This document shows, one piece after another, positions 18,240-28,265 of a DNA stretch of 64,000 bases. The stretch's first letter is position 1. Each line of letters opens with the position of its first letter. The stretch comes from an uncultured Verrucomicrobiae bacterium (lineage in GTDB: Bacteria > Verrucomicrobiota > Verrucomicrobiia > Chthoniobacterales > UBA10450): NCBI GenBank assembly GCA_963834385.1, contig CAWIBO010000002.1, positions 448,001 to 512,000 on the forward strand, read 5' to 3'. The position numbers and the translations under genes are program-made. A model generated the notes under the pieces. That model did no database searches. It was not told the origin of the DNA and saw nothing but the letters and a program-made list of their open reading frames with translations.

Positions 18240-19721
18240 TTAGGGCACTTCAAAAACTTCCACCAGCCCAACCCCGCGCCCCCCGTTATACCCCCGCACA
18301 ATCACGGTGAAATTCCCCGCACCGAGCGAAGCGTAGATGGCCGCCTCCCGGGCGCGCGCCGGCGAAAGACCTCTGGCGGAAACCTGGCTCGCCTGAGGAT
18401 GGTCGGCCCAGTCGTCATTCGAAGTCACCAGGTTGCCGGCGCCATCCCGCAGTTCCATGGTCGGATCCGCCAGGGCGCCCGCCACGCCGTAATCGCTCAA
18501 TGACGGACCCACGGCCCGGACCACCACCGCCCGGGCCCCGGCGCCTTGCACAATAAAGCCGCCAATGATCGCGTCGTCCCCGGTCCCGACTTCCGCGCGG
18601 GTGGAGACGTTTGCGAGCTTCGTCTCGGGGTTGGACATCTCGTAGGCCTCCACCAGGGCCACGCCCACGCCGCTGTTCGCTCCGCGCAGGATCACCGTGT
18701 AACTCCCCTCGGCCAGGGTGGCGACAATGGCCGACTCCGAAGGATGGGTCGGGGCGAGCCCGCTGGCGCTGATCTCGGCCGCCTGCGCACCCTGCGCCCA
18801 GTCGTCGTTCGAGAGCATGGTGGCGCCGGCCGCGTTCTTCAATTCCATGGTGGGATCGGCCAGGGCTCCGGAAATCCCGGCGGCCGCGAGGGACGGTCCA
18901 ATCCCGCGCAGCATGATTTTCTTCGGGGCGGAACCGGAAACGATGAAGCCCCCAATGAGCACGTTGTCACCCGTGCCGGCCTTGACGCGGGTCGAGAGGT
19001 TCACCAGACGTCCGGGCACCGGAGTAGGCGAAGGCGTGGGGGTGGGCGTAGGCGCCGCCACTCCATAAATGTTCTGGGCGCCGTTGATGTCGTCCTGGGC
19101 CAGGTAAGCCCGGTCGCTCACGACCGAGTTCATGACGGCATCCACGTTCTGGCCGCGGTCATCGGGATGGTTCAGCCCGATTCCGTGCCCGACCTCATGC
19201 AGGAAAACGCGCCGAATATCGGCGATCGCATAACCATTGCTGCCGAATTGCAGCCGGCCACGGTAGGAATCGAAACTCTGTGCCGTGTTGAAAAGAATGT
19301 CCGCCTCGATGAGCGACGAGCCCTGCATCCGATAGTAGGTCACGGCGAGGGTGCCCCGCCCAAAGGATTGGCCGAAGACCGTGCTGGAAAAGACCACGGA
19401 ATTGACCCGGTCGCCGGAAGAGACAGGCGGGTTGGTATTGGTCGAGCCCACCATGCGGAGGCGCTGGATCCGCACATTCCACTCATCCAGGGCGGGCGTG
19501 ACCGCGGCGTCCCAGGAGGTGTTGCCATCCTGCAGGGTGCGGCCGGCCTGGCCCAGGCCCATCTGAAACGTGAGCACGGTATTGCTGGGCCAGGCGTAAC
19601 CACTGGTCACGTAGGCGTGCCCGGGGGCGGGGAACAGACAAAGGAGGGCGGTGGCGAAAAAGAACGCCTTGCGGAAGGGCAGCGCGGCGAGGGCGCTCCA
19701 GATCAGGCCGGGAAAACTCAT
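18240..19721 (-). CDS. Secreted matrixin (M10) metalloprotease with PT linker and two C-terminal 'RLVNLSTR' domains
   Basis: HEVGHGIGLNH, AVMNS, PTPTPTPSPTP linker, tandem ~125-aa repeats. Confidence 0.88.
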   Translation of the reverse strand: MSFPGLIWSALAALPFRKAFFFATALLCLFPAPGHAYVTSGYAWPSNTVLTFQMGLGQAGRTLQDGNTSWDAAVTPALDEWNVRIQRLRMVGSTNTNPPVSSGDRVNSVVFSSTVFGQSFGRGTLAVTYYRMQGSSLIEADILFNTAQSFDSYRGRLQFGSNGYAIADIRRVFLHEVGHGIGLNHPDDRGQNVDAVMNSVVSDRAYLAQDDINGAQNIYGVAAPTPTPTPSPTPVPGRLVNLSTRVKAGTGDNVLIGGFIVSGSAPKKIMLRGIGPSLAAAGISGALADPTMELKNAAGATMLSNDDWAQGAQAAEISASGLAPTHPSESAIVATLAEGSYTVILRGANSGVGVALVEAYEMSNPETKLANVSTRAEVGTGDDAIIGGFIVQGAGARAVVVRAVGPSLSDYGVAGALADPTMELRDGAGNLVTSNDDWADHPQASQVSARGLSPARAREAAIYASLGAGNFTVIVRGYNGGRGVGLVEVFEVP

Positions 19722-19733
19722 ATAATTTCCATA

Positions 19734-19750
19734 AGCAGGTGCCGTGCGCA
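19734..19750 (-). promoter_or_regulatory. Degenerate sigma54-type promoter upstream of the matrixin gene
   Basis: TGCGCACGGCACCTGCT; deleting one C gives TGGCACGGCACCTGCT, a -24/-12 match. Confidence 0.4.
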
Positions 19751-19938
19751 CCCGGGAGGGTTCCCCGGATAATTTTGTTCCCGCCGGCCTCCGCGCAGGG
19801 AGCCACCCGGGCGAAAAATCCCCCTGCAACCCGTCAAGACACCCGGATCGGGGCCACGAATATGGCCAATTCTCAACCGTGCGGCGCAGGCGCGCCGAAG
19901 ATCGGGGAATCACCGGGGGAACGGGGGAAATCAGGCGC

Positions 19939-20403
19939 TCAGGGCACCAGGAATATTTTCCCGGTGTAGGGATCCTTCACCTTGCTCCCGGGAGAGTACC
20001 CGGTCACATCGACATAACCCCCCTTGGGATCATACGGGCTAAAGACGTAGCCCGCCTTGCCCGGCACCGGTTTGGCATACGGCAGGGAAGTCGTGGCCGG
20101 CGCGGAGGAAGATCGCGGAGGGGAAGCCGGCGTCCGGCGCGATGGGCTCGGCTGGCGGCGAGGAGGCGCGTCCCGTTCCGTCAGGCGACGGTCGGACGGG
20201 GGCGGCGGCGGAACATAATCGGTGTCGTATGTGGTGGTGGTCGTGGTTTGGGTCACGACCCGGTCGTCATCCGACGCCAGTCTTTCGCGGATGTAGCGGT
20301 TGGGCGTGTCGATGACGTGAAAGGCGCGCTGCCCCACCGTCCGCGCGGTTTCACAACCGCTCAGGAGAAGGGCTGCTGCCAGGATTGATCCGCCGCGTTT
20401 CAT
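19939..20403 (-). CDS. Lipoprotein with low-complexity linker and compact C-terminal domain
   Basis: Lipobox LLSGC, T/P/R-rich linker, C-terminus LPYAKPVPGKAGYVFSPY...KDPYTGKIFLVP. Confidence 0.8.
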   Translation of the reverse strand: MKRGGSILAAALLLSGCETARTVGQRAFHVIDTPNRYIRERLASDDDRVVTQTTTTTTYDTDYVPPPPPSDRRLTERDAPPRRQPSPSRRTPASPPRSSSAPATTSLPYAKPVPGKAGYVFSPYDPKGGYVDVTGYSPGSKVKDPYTGKIFLVP

Positions 20404-20464
20404 CCCGGAGGCAATAGAGCATTCGCGCTTCATAAGGCAACCATCCGACGCGCCGGGCCGCCTC

Positions 20465-21490
20465 TTATTCGACCGCCTTCAAATCGGCAACGAATTGGTC
20501 GACCACCTCCGCGGTCACGGCCCAGGAGCACATCACCCGGTAGACATCAGGTTCAATGAACTTGTAGAAATGCCAGCCCCGGGCCCGCAGCGCCTCCGCC
20601 ACCCGTTCCTCAAGACGAAGAAAGAGGGCGCTTGCCTCGACCGGGAACACGATTGGCGCATGGGAAAGGCCGCGCACCCCCTCCGCCAGCCGGCGGGCCA
20701 TGGCATTGGCGTGGGCCGCGTTCTTCAGCCAGACGTTGTTCTCGAGCAGACCGACCCAGGGCGCCGCCATAAAACGCATCTTGGAGGCCAGCTGGCCTGC
20801 CTGCTTGGCGCGATAATCAAATTCCTCTGCCAGCGCGCGCTCGAAGAAAACCACCAGGTCGCCTGCGGCGGTGCCGTTCTTGGTCCCGCCAAAACAGAGC
20901 ACATCCACACCCGCCACGAGGCGGCCGGGGGCGCAGCCCAGCGCAGCGCAGGCGTTGGCGAAGCGGGCCCCGTCCATCTGCACCCGCAGGTTTTTCTGGC
21001 GGGCGTAATCGGCCAGGGCCCCCAGCTCTTCCTCGGTGTAGACGGTTCCGAGCTCGGTCGATTGCGTGATACTGAGAACGCCCGGCCGGGGCGAATGCAG
21101 CTCTCGTTGCCGCTTCCGCGCTTCCTCCAGGCGGCCCAGGTCCAGTTTCCCGAGCGCACCCGGCACCGGGATCACCTTGGAACCGCCGCTGAAAAATTCC
21201 GGCGCGCCACATTCGTCGCACTCGATATGGGCGAACTCATGACAAAGAATGCTGTGAAACGGACGCGCCAGCTGGGCCAGCGCGAGAGAGTTCGCCGCGG
21301 TGCCGTTGAAGACGAGGAAGACCTCGCAGTCCCGCTCGAAAATTTCGCGCACCAGCCGGCAGAGCTCCGTGGTCCAGCGGTCTTCCCCGTAGGAGGAACA
21401 CTCGCCTGCGTTGGCCTCGCGCAGTTTTTCCCAGGCCTCGGGACAGATCCCCGCGGTGTTATCGCTGGCCAGCTCGAAGCGTTCCTTCAT
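20465..21490 (-). CDS. ltaE: Low-specificity L-threonine aldolase
   Basis: ASDNTAG, NGTAAN, MDGARFANA, FGGTKNG, LASKMRF. Confidence 0.9.
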   Translation of the reverse strand: MKERFELASDNTAGICPEAWEKLREANAGECSSYGEDRWTTELCRLVREIFERDCEVFLVFNGTAANSLALAQLARPFHSILCHEFAHIECDECGAPEFFSGGSKVIPVPGALGKLDLGRLEEARKRQRELHSPRPGVLSITQSTELGTVYTEEELGALADYARQKNLRVQMDGARFANACAALGCAPGRLVAGVDVLCFGGTKNGTAAGDLVVFFERALAEEFDYRAKQAGQLASKMRFMAAPWVGLLENNVWLKNAAHANAMARRLAEGVRGLSHAPIVFPVEASALFLRLEERVAEALRARGWHFYKFIEPDVYRVMCSWAVTAEVVDQFVADLKAVE

Positions 21491-21547
21491 GCGCCTGCCT
21501 CCGTAAGCGCGCCGGCTCTTCTCCGCAAACGCGGAACCTGGCGAAAC

Positions 21548-21600
21548 GATTTGCCTGGCGACGCCGAGCCGATCGGCCTCCGGCGCGCACCAGGCAAATC
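21548..21600. repeat. 53-nt near-perfect inverted repeat in the ltaE/putA divergent intergenic region
   Basis: GATTTGCCTGG...CCAGGCAAATC with inner CGCCG/CGGCG and GCCG/CGGC stems. Confidence 0.6.
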
Positions 21601-21865
21601 TTCTGCTTCCCTAACCCTATATGCGAACACGCCAGCAGACCGGGGCGACGGGAATTGCCGTTCCCGCGGGACGGAAAGAGGTTCCCCTGCAGTTGTCTGC
21701 ACCCTTCCCGGCCGTGCCCTCGATTCACTGCGCGGTCCAAGGATGATTCGGACGACCCGCGGGATTTGACCGTCTTTCACGTTAAATTCCTTCTTATTAT
21801 TTCCAGAATGCCCGGACGTATCTCGCCACGGTTGGCGAAGTGCGCAGCCCCGATTACTATCTGTC

Positions 21866-24800
21866 ATGAGTCATCTGCAGGCGGAGGTGGAGCGGCGCGG
21901 CGAACAAATTTTCGACCTGGTCGACCGCCACCCGGAGTCGATTTTCAGCAAGGCCGGCTTTTACCAGCGGATGATGGCGCTCTCCATGAAGGACGAGCAT
22001 TTCAAGGTGCAGATGTTCCGCTTTGTCGACGTCCTCGCCTCGCTCCGCCGTTCCGGCGACATCGTCCAGCATCTGGACGAATATTTTGCCGACATGAAGG
22101 ACGGCTTCGCGCCGATCGTGAAGACCGGCGTGCGCGCGGCCAAAATCGTGCCGTGGCTGAGCGCCTTTGTCCTGCGCAAGAACGTCAGCGGGATGGCGCG
22201 CCAGTTCATCGCCGGCCGGGACGGACGCGACGTGATCAAAACGCTGCGGCAACGCCGGGCCCAGAACATCGGCTTCACCGTCGACCTCCTCGGCGAAGCG
22301 GTCGTGAGCGAAAAGGAAACGGAGGAATACGCCGCCCGTTGCTATGAACTCCTCGAGACGCTCGCGGCGGAAACGCGCGGCTGGTCCGACCCCCTCGGGC
22401 GCCACGCCGAGCTTTTTCCGGTGGTCAATCTTTCCATCAAGATCTCAGCCCTTTACTCCCAGATGAACCCGGCCGACCCGGCTGACGCCATCGCGCACCT
22501 CGCTCCCCGGCTTCGTCCCCTCCTCCGGCGCGCACGCGACCTCGGCGCCTTTGTCAATTTCGACATGGAAAGCTACGCGCACAAAAACTCGACGCTCGAG
22601 CTGTTCCGCACCCTCTTCGCCGAGGACGAATTTCGCGACTGGCCGCACGCCGGCATCGTCATCCAGGCCTACCTGCGCGACGCCGAGCGCGACCTGCGCG
22701 ACCTGGTCGCCTGGGGCCGCCAGCGCGGCACGCGTTTCACCGTTCGCCTCGTCAAGGGGGCCTACTGGGATTACGAGAAGATCAGGGCCGGACAGAACGG
22801 CTGGCCCTGCCCGGTCTTCCTGCAGAAACCGGAAAGCGACGCCTGCTTCGAGGCCTGCACCCGCGTGTTGCTCGAGAACGAGGAGATCGTCACCGCCGCC
22901 TTCGGTTCCCACAACGTCCGTTCCATTGCCTACGCCCAGGCTCTCGCGGCCGAGCTCGGCCTCGAGAAAAGCCGGTTCGAGTTCCAGCTCCTTTACGGCA
23001 TGGCCGGCCCGATTAAACGCGCGCTCGTCGAGATGGGTTACCGGGTGCGCGAATACTGCCCGGTGGGCGAGCTGCTCCCCGGCATGGCCTACCTCGTCCG
23101 ACGCCTCCTCGAAAACACCTCGAACGAGGGGTTCCTGCGCGCCAAATTTTCCGAGAACGCCTCCGCCGTTCAGCTCCTGCGCGACCCGAATGAGCTGATC
23201 CGCTCCTCGGATAACGGTGCCGATGCCCTTCATCCCGCCGCGCGGGAACATAACGGGAGCCGCAACGGCGCCAGCCGCGAAACGCTCGCCGGCGACACCT
23301 ACGAAAACGCGCCCATGATCAACTTCGTCCACCCGCAAAACCAGGAACAGATGCGCACGGCCCTGCGCGAGGTTCGAAACCGCTTCGGCAAAAAATATCC
23401 GCTCGTGATCGGCGGCGAAAAACTTTCTCCCGGCGAATATCTCCCCTCCGTGAACCCCGGGCAGCCTTCCGAGGTTGTCGGCGAGGTCGCCGCCGGCGGG
23501 CTCAAGGAAGCGGAGCGCGCCGTGGCCGCGGCCCGTGCCGCCTGGCCGCGCTGGCGTGCCACCCCGTTCGAAAAACGCGCACAGCTTCTCGAACGCGTCG
23601 CCGCCGTCATGGAACGCCGCCGTTTCGAGCTTTGCGCCCTCGAGGTCTTTGAAGTGGGCAAGCCTTGGGCGGAAGCCGACGGCGACATCCGCGAGGCGAT
23701 GGATTTCTGCCTCTTTTATGCCCAGCAAATGCGCCTGATGGGCCGGCCCAGCCTGACCCAGCATGTGCCCGGCGAGGAGAGCTACCAGCACTACTGGCCG
23801 CGCGGCGTCGCCCTGGTCATTGCTCCCTGGAATTTCCCCGTCGCCATTCTTTGCGGCATGGTCTCGGCCGCGCTGGTCACGGGCAACACCGTCATCATGA
23901 AGCCGGCCGAGCAATCCGCCGTCTGCGGCGCGCTCCTCATGGAAATGTTCGAGGAAGCCGGTCTGCCTCCCGGCGTGCTCAATTTCCTGGCGGGGGACGG
24001 CGCCGTGGTCGGGGCCGCATCTCGTCGATCACCCCGGGATCGACTTGATCGCCTTCACCGGTTCACGCGAGGTCGGCCTGAACATCTGGGAGAGCGCGGG
24101 AAAAACGCGGGCCGGCCAGCTCGAGCTCAAGCGCGTTGTCTGCGAGATGGGCGGAAAAAACGCGGTCATTGTCGACTCGGACGCCGACCTCGACGAAACG
24201 ATCGTCGACACGGTTTACAGCGCCTTCGGTTACCAGGGCCAGAAATGTTCCGCCTGTTCCCGGCTCATCGTGCTGGAGGAAAATTACGATCGCGTTGTCG
24301 AGCGGCTGATCGCCGCCACCGCCAGCCTCCGCGTGGGCAACCCGGAGGAACCGGGCATCACCGTCGGACCGGTCATCGACGAAACCGCCTATCGCCGCAT
24401 CCTCAAGACGATCGAGGAAGGCAAATCGGAGGCCACCCTCGCCTACCAGGCCGCCGACATCCCCTCCCAAGGGTATTACATCCCGCCGACCATCTTCACC
24501 GATGTCCGGCCCGAGATGAAGCTGGCCCAACAGGAAATCTTTGGCCCGGTCCTCAGCGTCATCAAGGTGCGCGACCTGGACGAGGCAATCGAGGTGGCTA
24601 ACGGCACGCAGTACGCCCTCACCGCCGGCTTTTTCTCGCGCAGTCCCGCCAATATCGAGCGGGTCAAGGCGGCGCTCGTCGCTGGCAACGTTTATATCAA
24701 CCGCTCCTGCACCGGCGCCGTCGTCGGGCGTCATCCCTTTGGCGGTTTCAAGATGAGCGGCGGCGGGACCAAGGCCGGAGGCGGCGATTACCTGCTCAAC

Positions 24801-24893
24801 TTCGTCGTGCCCCGCGTGGTCACGGAAAACATCATGCGCCACGGCTTCGCGCCCGAATCCACCCCGCCTTCGCGCCCGGAATTCCGGGGCTGA
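21866..24893 (+). CDS. putA: Bifunctional proline dehydrogenase / P5C dehydrogenase PutA; probable +1 error near 24015
   Basis: DLLGE, FDME, VRLVKGAYWDYE, YLVRRLLEN; ALDH motifs PWNFP, FTGS, EMGGKNA, GQKCSAC and EIFGP span two frames. Confidence 0.92.
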
Positions 24894-24900
24894 CGGCTGC

Positions 24901-25773
24901 TTATCTCGGCTCCCCGAGTTTTTTTAACGGCGCTTCGTTTCCGCTCAGCCAGCGCAGAATCGGCTCGATCGCGGCTGGCACGACATCGTTGTGCCCGGCC
25001 CCCGGAATTTCCACCAGGGTGACCATCCCGCTCTGGCCATTCGCCAGGGAACGGCTCATCGCCAGAGGGATCAGCTCATCTTCGGTGCCGTGAAAAATAA
25101 TGATCGTCGGCGGCGACGGCGCCCGGGCCAGCTCCGCCAGCCGGGCCCGGTTGTCGAAGTTTTCCGCCACCAGCCAGCCGAAAGGGCGCGCAAAAAGGTG
25201 GGCCGCCACCTCGCGCAGGCTGGTGAAGGGGGCGATGAGCAGGATCCGCCGCACCGGATGCCGGGTGGCAAAATCAAGAGCGGCCGCCGCCCCCAGCGAT
25301 TGCCCGGCCGCGTTCAGGGCCATGGCCCGGGAATCAATCCCGAGATGTTTCTCCAGCGCGGCCACCGCTCCCGCCGCCGCCGCCCGCGTGTTTTCGCGGC
25401 CGGCCCGGCCTTCTGAAAATCCGTATCCCGGATAATCCACCAGCAGGAAGGCCTGCGAGCGCAAGGCCTCGGCCCGGACGAGGTGGAGCCAGTCGAGGGC
25501 GGTGGAGGCGTTCCCGCTGAACATCACCCAGATCGGCGCGCCCTCCGACCGGTCGCGCGCCGGCACAAAAAAGGCGCTCTGGCGTCCGGCATTGGTGACA
25601 AACTCGAGTCGGATCCCCTTGCTCTCCTCCAGCAGCCGCGACTCCGCCGCTCCGTAACCGCGGGGATGATAGAGCAGCGCGTGCTGCCATGAAAAAAGGA
25701 TGCCCATGAATAAGACCACGCCGAGAACAACCAACGCCAGGAAACGCAGCCATCTCGGAATTCGCATGGTCAT
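24901..25773 (-). CDS. Alpha/beta hydrolase with N-terminal TM helix
   Basis: DYPGYG, GQSLG nucleophile elbow, HGTEDELIP, GAGHND. Confidence 0.88.
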   Translation of the reverse strand: MTMRIPRWLRFLALVVLGVVLFMGILFSWQHALLYHPRGYGAAESRLLEESKGIRLEFVTNAGRQSAFFVPARDRSEGAPIWVMFSGNASTALDWLHLVRAEALRSQAFLLVDYPGYGFSEGRAGRENTRAAAAGAVAALEKHLGIDSRAMALNAAGQSLGAAAALDFATRHPVRRILLIAPFTSLREVAAHLFARPFGWLVAENFDNRARLAELARAPSPPTIIIFHGTEDELIPLAMSRSLANGQSGMVTLVEIPGAGHNDVVPAAIEPILRWLSGNEAPLKKLGEPR

Positions 25774-25952
25774 GAAACCGGTGTTGCCCGGAAATGGTCC
25801 GGGGCTGCATACGGCTCCCGGCTCCGTTCTCCCGGCGGCCGATTCCTTCCGACCATACCGGGTGAGACGCAGCCACGCACGCAGGATCAACCGGCCAGGG
25901 CGGCCCAGCGGAGAGAGCCTTGTCCGCACCGGCGGCACGCCTAAAGTCGTGG

Positions 25953-26678
25953 ATGCTTCATGTGGTCAGCACCCCGATCGGCAACCTGGCCGATATTTCC
26001 CAGCGGGCCATCGATACCCTGAGGGAAGCGGACGTCATCGCGGCGGAAGACACCCGGCATTCCGGGCTTCTTCTCCGGCATCTCGGTCTTTCCCGTCCCA
26101 TGGTCAGTTTCCATGAGCACAACGAGGCCATGCGGACCGCACAGCTGGTCGAACGCCTGGCCGCCGGCGAAAATGTCGCCCTCATCACCGATGCCGGCAT
26201 GCCCGGCCTGTCCGATCCAGGGGGCCGGCTCATCCGCGCCTGCGTCGAGCGAGCCCTGCCCCTCACCGTCATCCCCGGCGCCTCCGCCATCCTGACCGCC
26301 CTCGTCGGTTCGGGGTTTCCCATGGAACGCTTCGCCTTTCGCGGCTTTCTCCCGGTAAAAAGCGGCGGGAGGGAACGCGATCTTCGCGCCGCCGCCGCGG
26401 CGGACGAAACCGTGATTTTCTTCGAGTCGCCGCATCGGCTCATCAAGACACTCGCCGCCTGCGAGGTCATCATGCCGGACCGCCGCCTTTGCGTGGCCCG
26501 CGAGCTGACCAAAAAATTCGAGGAATACCGGCGGGGCACCGCGGCGGAGCTCCTGGCCCATTACCAGGCCCACCCGCCCAAGGGGGAAATCGTCCTCCTG
26601 GTCGCCCCTGCGGAAGCCGACAAGGCCAGGCGGTCGCGGACTCAGGTTTCCATTTGCCAAGCGGCGCCTTCCGTGTGA
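25953..26678 (+). CDS. rsmI: 16S rRNA C1402 2'-O-methyltransferase
   Basis: [43 protein letters not shown]. Confidence 0.95.
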   Translation: MLHVVSTPIGNLADISQRAIDTLREADVIAAEDTRHSGLLLRHLGLSRPMVSFHEHNEAMRTAQLVERLAAGENVALITDAGMPGLSDPGGRLIRACVERALPLTVIPGASAILTALVGSGFPMERFAFRGFLPVKSGGRERDLRAAAAADETVIFFESPHRLIKTLAACEVIMPDRRLCVARELTKKFEEYRRGTAAELLAHYQAHPPKGEIVLLVAPAEADKARRSRTQVSICQAAPSV

Positions 26679-26686
26679 ATTTCCCC

Positions 26687-26718
26687 GTCCTTTTCCCCAG
26701 AAAAAGGGACCTCTTTTT
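26687..26718 (+). terminator. Hairpin plus U-tract between rsmI and rplU (terminator or leader hairpin)
   Basis: GTCCTTTT...AAAAAGGGAC followed by CTCTTTTT. Confidence 0.5.
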
Positions 26719-26721
26719 AGT

Positions 26722-27075
26722 ATGGCTTACGCAATTATCAAAACCGGTGGCAGACAGTATCGCGTCGCAGAAGGCGATATCATTGATGTCGATTTCCTGA
26801 ACGGCGAAAACGGCAAGGAAGGCGTCTTCGCCGATGTCCTCATGCTCGGCGACGGCGAGAACGTGACCCATGGCACGCCGCTGGTTGAGGGAGCCACCGT
26901 CACGGGGGAAATCGTGGAGCAGCGCAAGGACAAGAAGGTCATCGCCTTCAAGTATCGCCGGCGAAAAGGCTATCACCGCACCGTCGGTCATCGCCGCAAG
27001 CTGACCCGGGTCAAGATCACCAGCATCGACCTCGGCGGCAGCAAGCCGGCCCGCGCGCGCAAGACCAAGGAATAG
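26722..27075 (+). CDS. rplU: 50S ribosomal protein L21
   Basis: [13 protein letters not shown]...FKYRRRKGY...GHR. Confidence 0.97.
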   Translation: MAYAIIKTGGRQYRVAEGDIIDVDFLNGENGKEGVFADVLMLGDGENVTHGTPLVEGATVTGEIVEQRKDKKVIAFKYRRRKGYHRTVGHRRKLTRVKITSIDLGGSKPARARKTKE

Positions 27076-27079
27076 TTTT

Positions 27080-27331
27080 ATGGCCCATAAAAAAGGACAG
27101 GGAAGTGTTAAGAACGGCCGCGACAGCGTCAGCAAGCGGCTGGGCGTGAAAAAATTCGGCAGCCAGGAGGTCGTGGCCGGCAACATCATTGTGCGGCAGC
27201 GCGGGACCAAGTTCGTCCCGGGCAAGAACGTCGGTCTCGGGCGCGATTACACCATTTTTGCCCTGGTCGACGGCGCGGTGCGCTTCGATCGGGCCGGCCG
27301 CCGGGTCAACGTCGACCCGATCGGCGCCTGA
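27080..27331 (+). CDS. rpmA: 50S ribosomal protein L27
   Basis: [16 protein letters not shown]...IIVRQRGT. Confidence 0.98.
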   Translation: MAHKKGQGSVKNGRDSVSKRLGVKKFGSQEVVAGNIIVRQRGTKFVPGKNVGLGRDYTIFALVDGAVRFDRAGRRVNVDPIGA

Positions 27332-27416
27332 AGCGCAGGGCCAGACCGGGTCCGGGGTGCGATCAGCATGTAAGACCCCGTTCCGGCGGTTGCGACGGCG
27401 ATAAAACAGGACGCCC

Positions 27417-28029
27417 ATGAAATACAAGACCTACCTCCTCTTTGGACCGCCCGGGAGCGGCAAAGGCACCCAGGGAAAAACGCTCGGGCAGCATTCCCCG
27501 CTTTTTTCACTGCGCCTGCGGTGACGTTTTTCGCGCCATCGACACCCGCACCAAGGTCGGCCGCGCCTTCCTCGACTACTCGAGCCGCGGCCAGCTCGTG
27601 CCCGACGAAATCACGGTGGAACTTTGGAAGGCCCGCATCGACGCCGCCGTCGACGCCCACACCTTCAAGCCGGACATCGACACCCTCGTGCTCGACGGGA
27701 TTCCCCGGAACGTCGGGCAGGCGCGGATCATGGACGAACTCATCGACGTCGAGAAAGTCTTCCATCTTTCCTGCCCCGACCGGGAACAGCTTTATGTCCG
27801 CCTGAAAAAGCGGGCCCTGAAGGACAACCGCCTGGATGACGCCAACGAGGAGGTGATCCACAAGCGGCTCGCCATTTACGAGACCGAATCGAAACCGGTG
27901 CTGGGCCATTACGGACCCGGGCGCACCACCGTGGTCGACGCCACGCAGCCGCCCGCCCGCGTGCTCCTCGAAATCCTCATGAGCGTCAACGGGATGAAGA
28001 ACGGGCAGCATGAGCCAGCCGCAGTTTGA
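27417..28029 (+). CDS. adk: Adenylate kinase (short type); probable +1 error near 27487
   Basis: MKYKTYLLFGPPGSGKGTQ joins GDVFR...GQLVPD...LDGIPR...RLDD. Confidence 0.88.
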
Positions 28030-28255
28030 GAATTTCACCGCCTCCAGCCTCTATTGCGGCAAGTGCCAGGCGGCCATGCCCGTGCGGGAACGGCTTCTTC
28101 TCGTCCTGCCCGACAAGGAAATTTACGACTATCTCTGCACCGGCTGCGCGGCCTCCGTCGGCTCACGCGAGGTTACCGCGGGCGAGAAATTGATGGCCCA
28201 GGCCATGGCCGCGCCGCGCCCGCGCCGGCGTGTCCCCGCGCCCGGCTCATTGTAG
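28010..28255 (+). CDS. Small zinc-ribbon protein of unknown function
   Basis: CGKC...CTGC; overlaps the adk stop and precedes fmt. Confidence 0.75.
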   Translation: MSQPQFENFTASSLYCGKCQAAMPVRERLLLVLPDKEIYDYLCTGCAASVGSREVTAGEKLMAQAMAAPRPRRRVPAPGSL

Positions 28256-28265
28256 GTTTCCGCCC

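Noticed and set aside
19015..19060. Short tandem repeats in the matrixin gene
   Set aside because: They encode an ordinary Pro-Thr linker, not a DNA-level repeat system.
25774..25952. GC-rich intergenic region as a possible ncRNA or riboswitch
   Set aside because: No recognisable conserved motif; consistent with a divergent promoter region.
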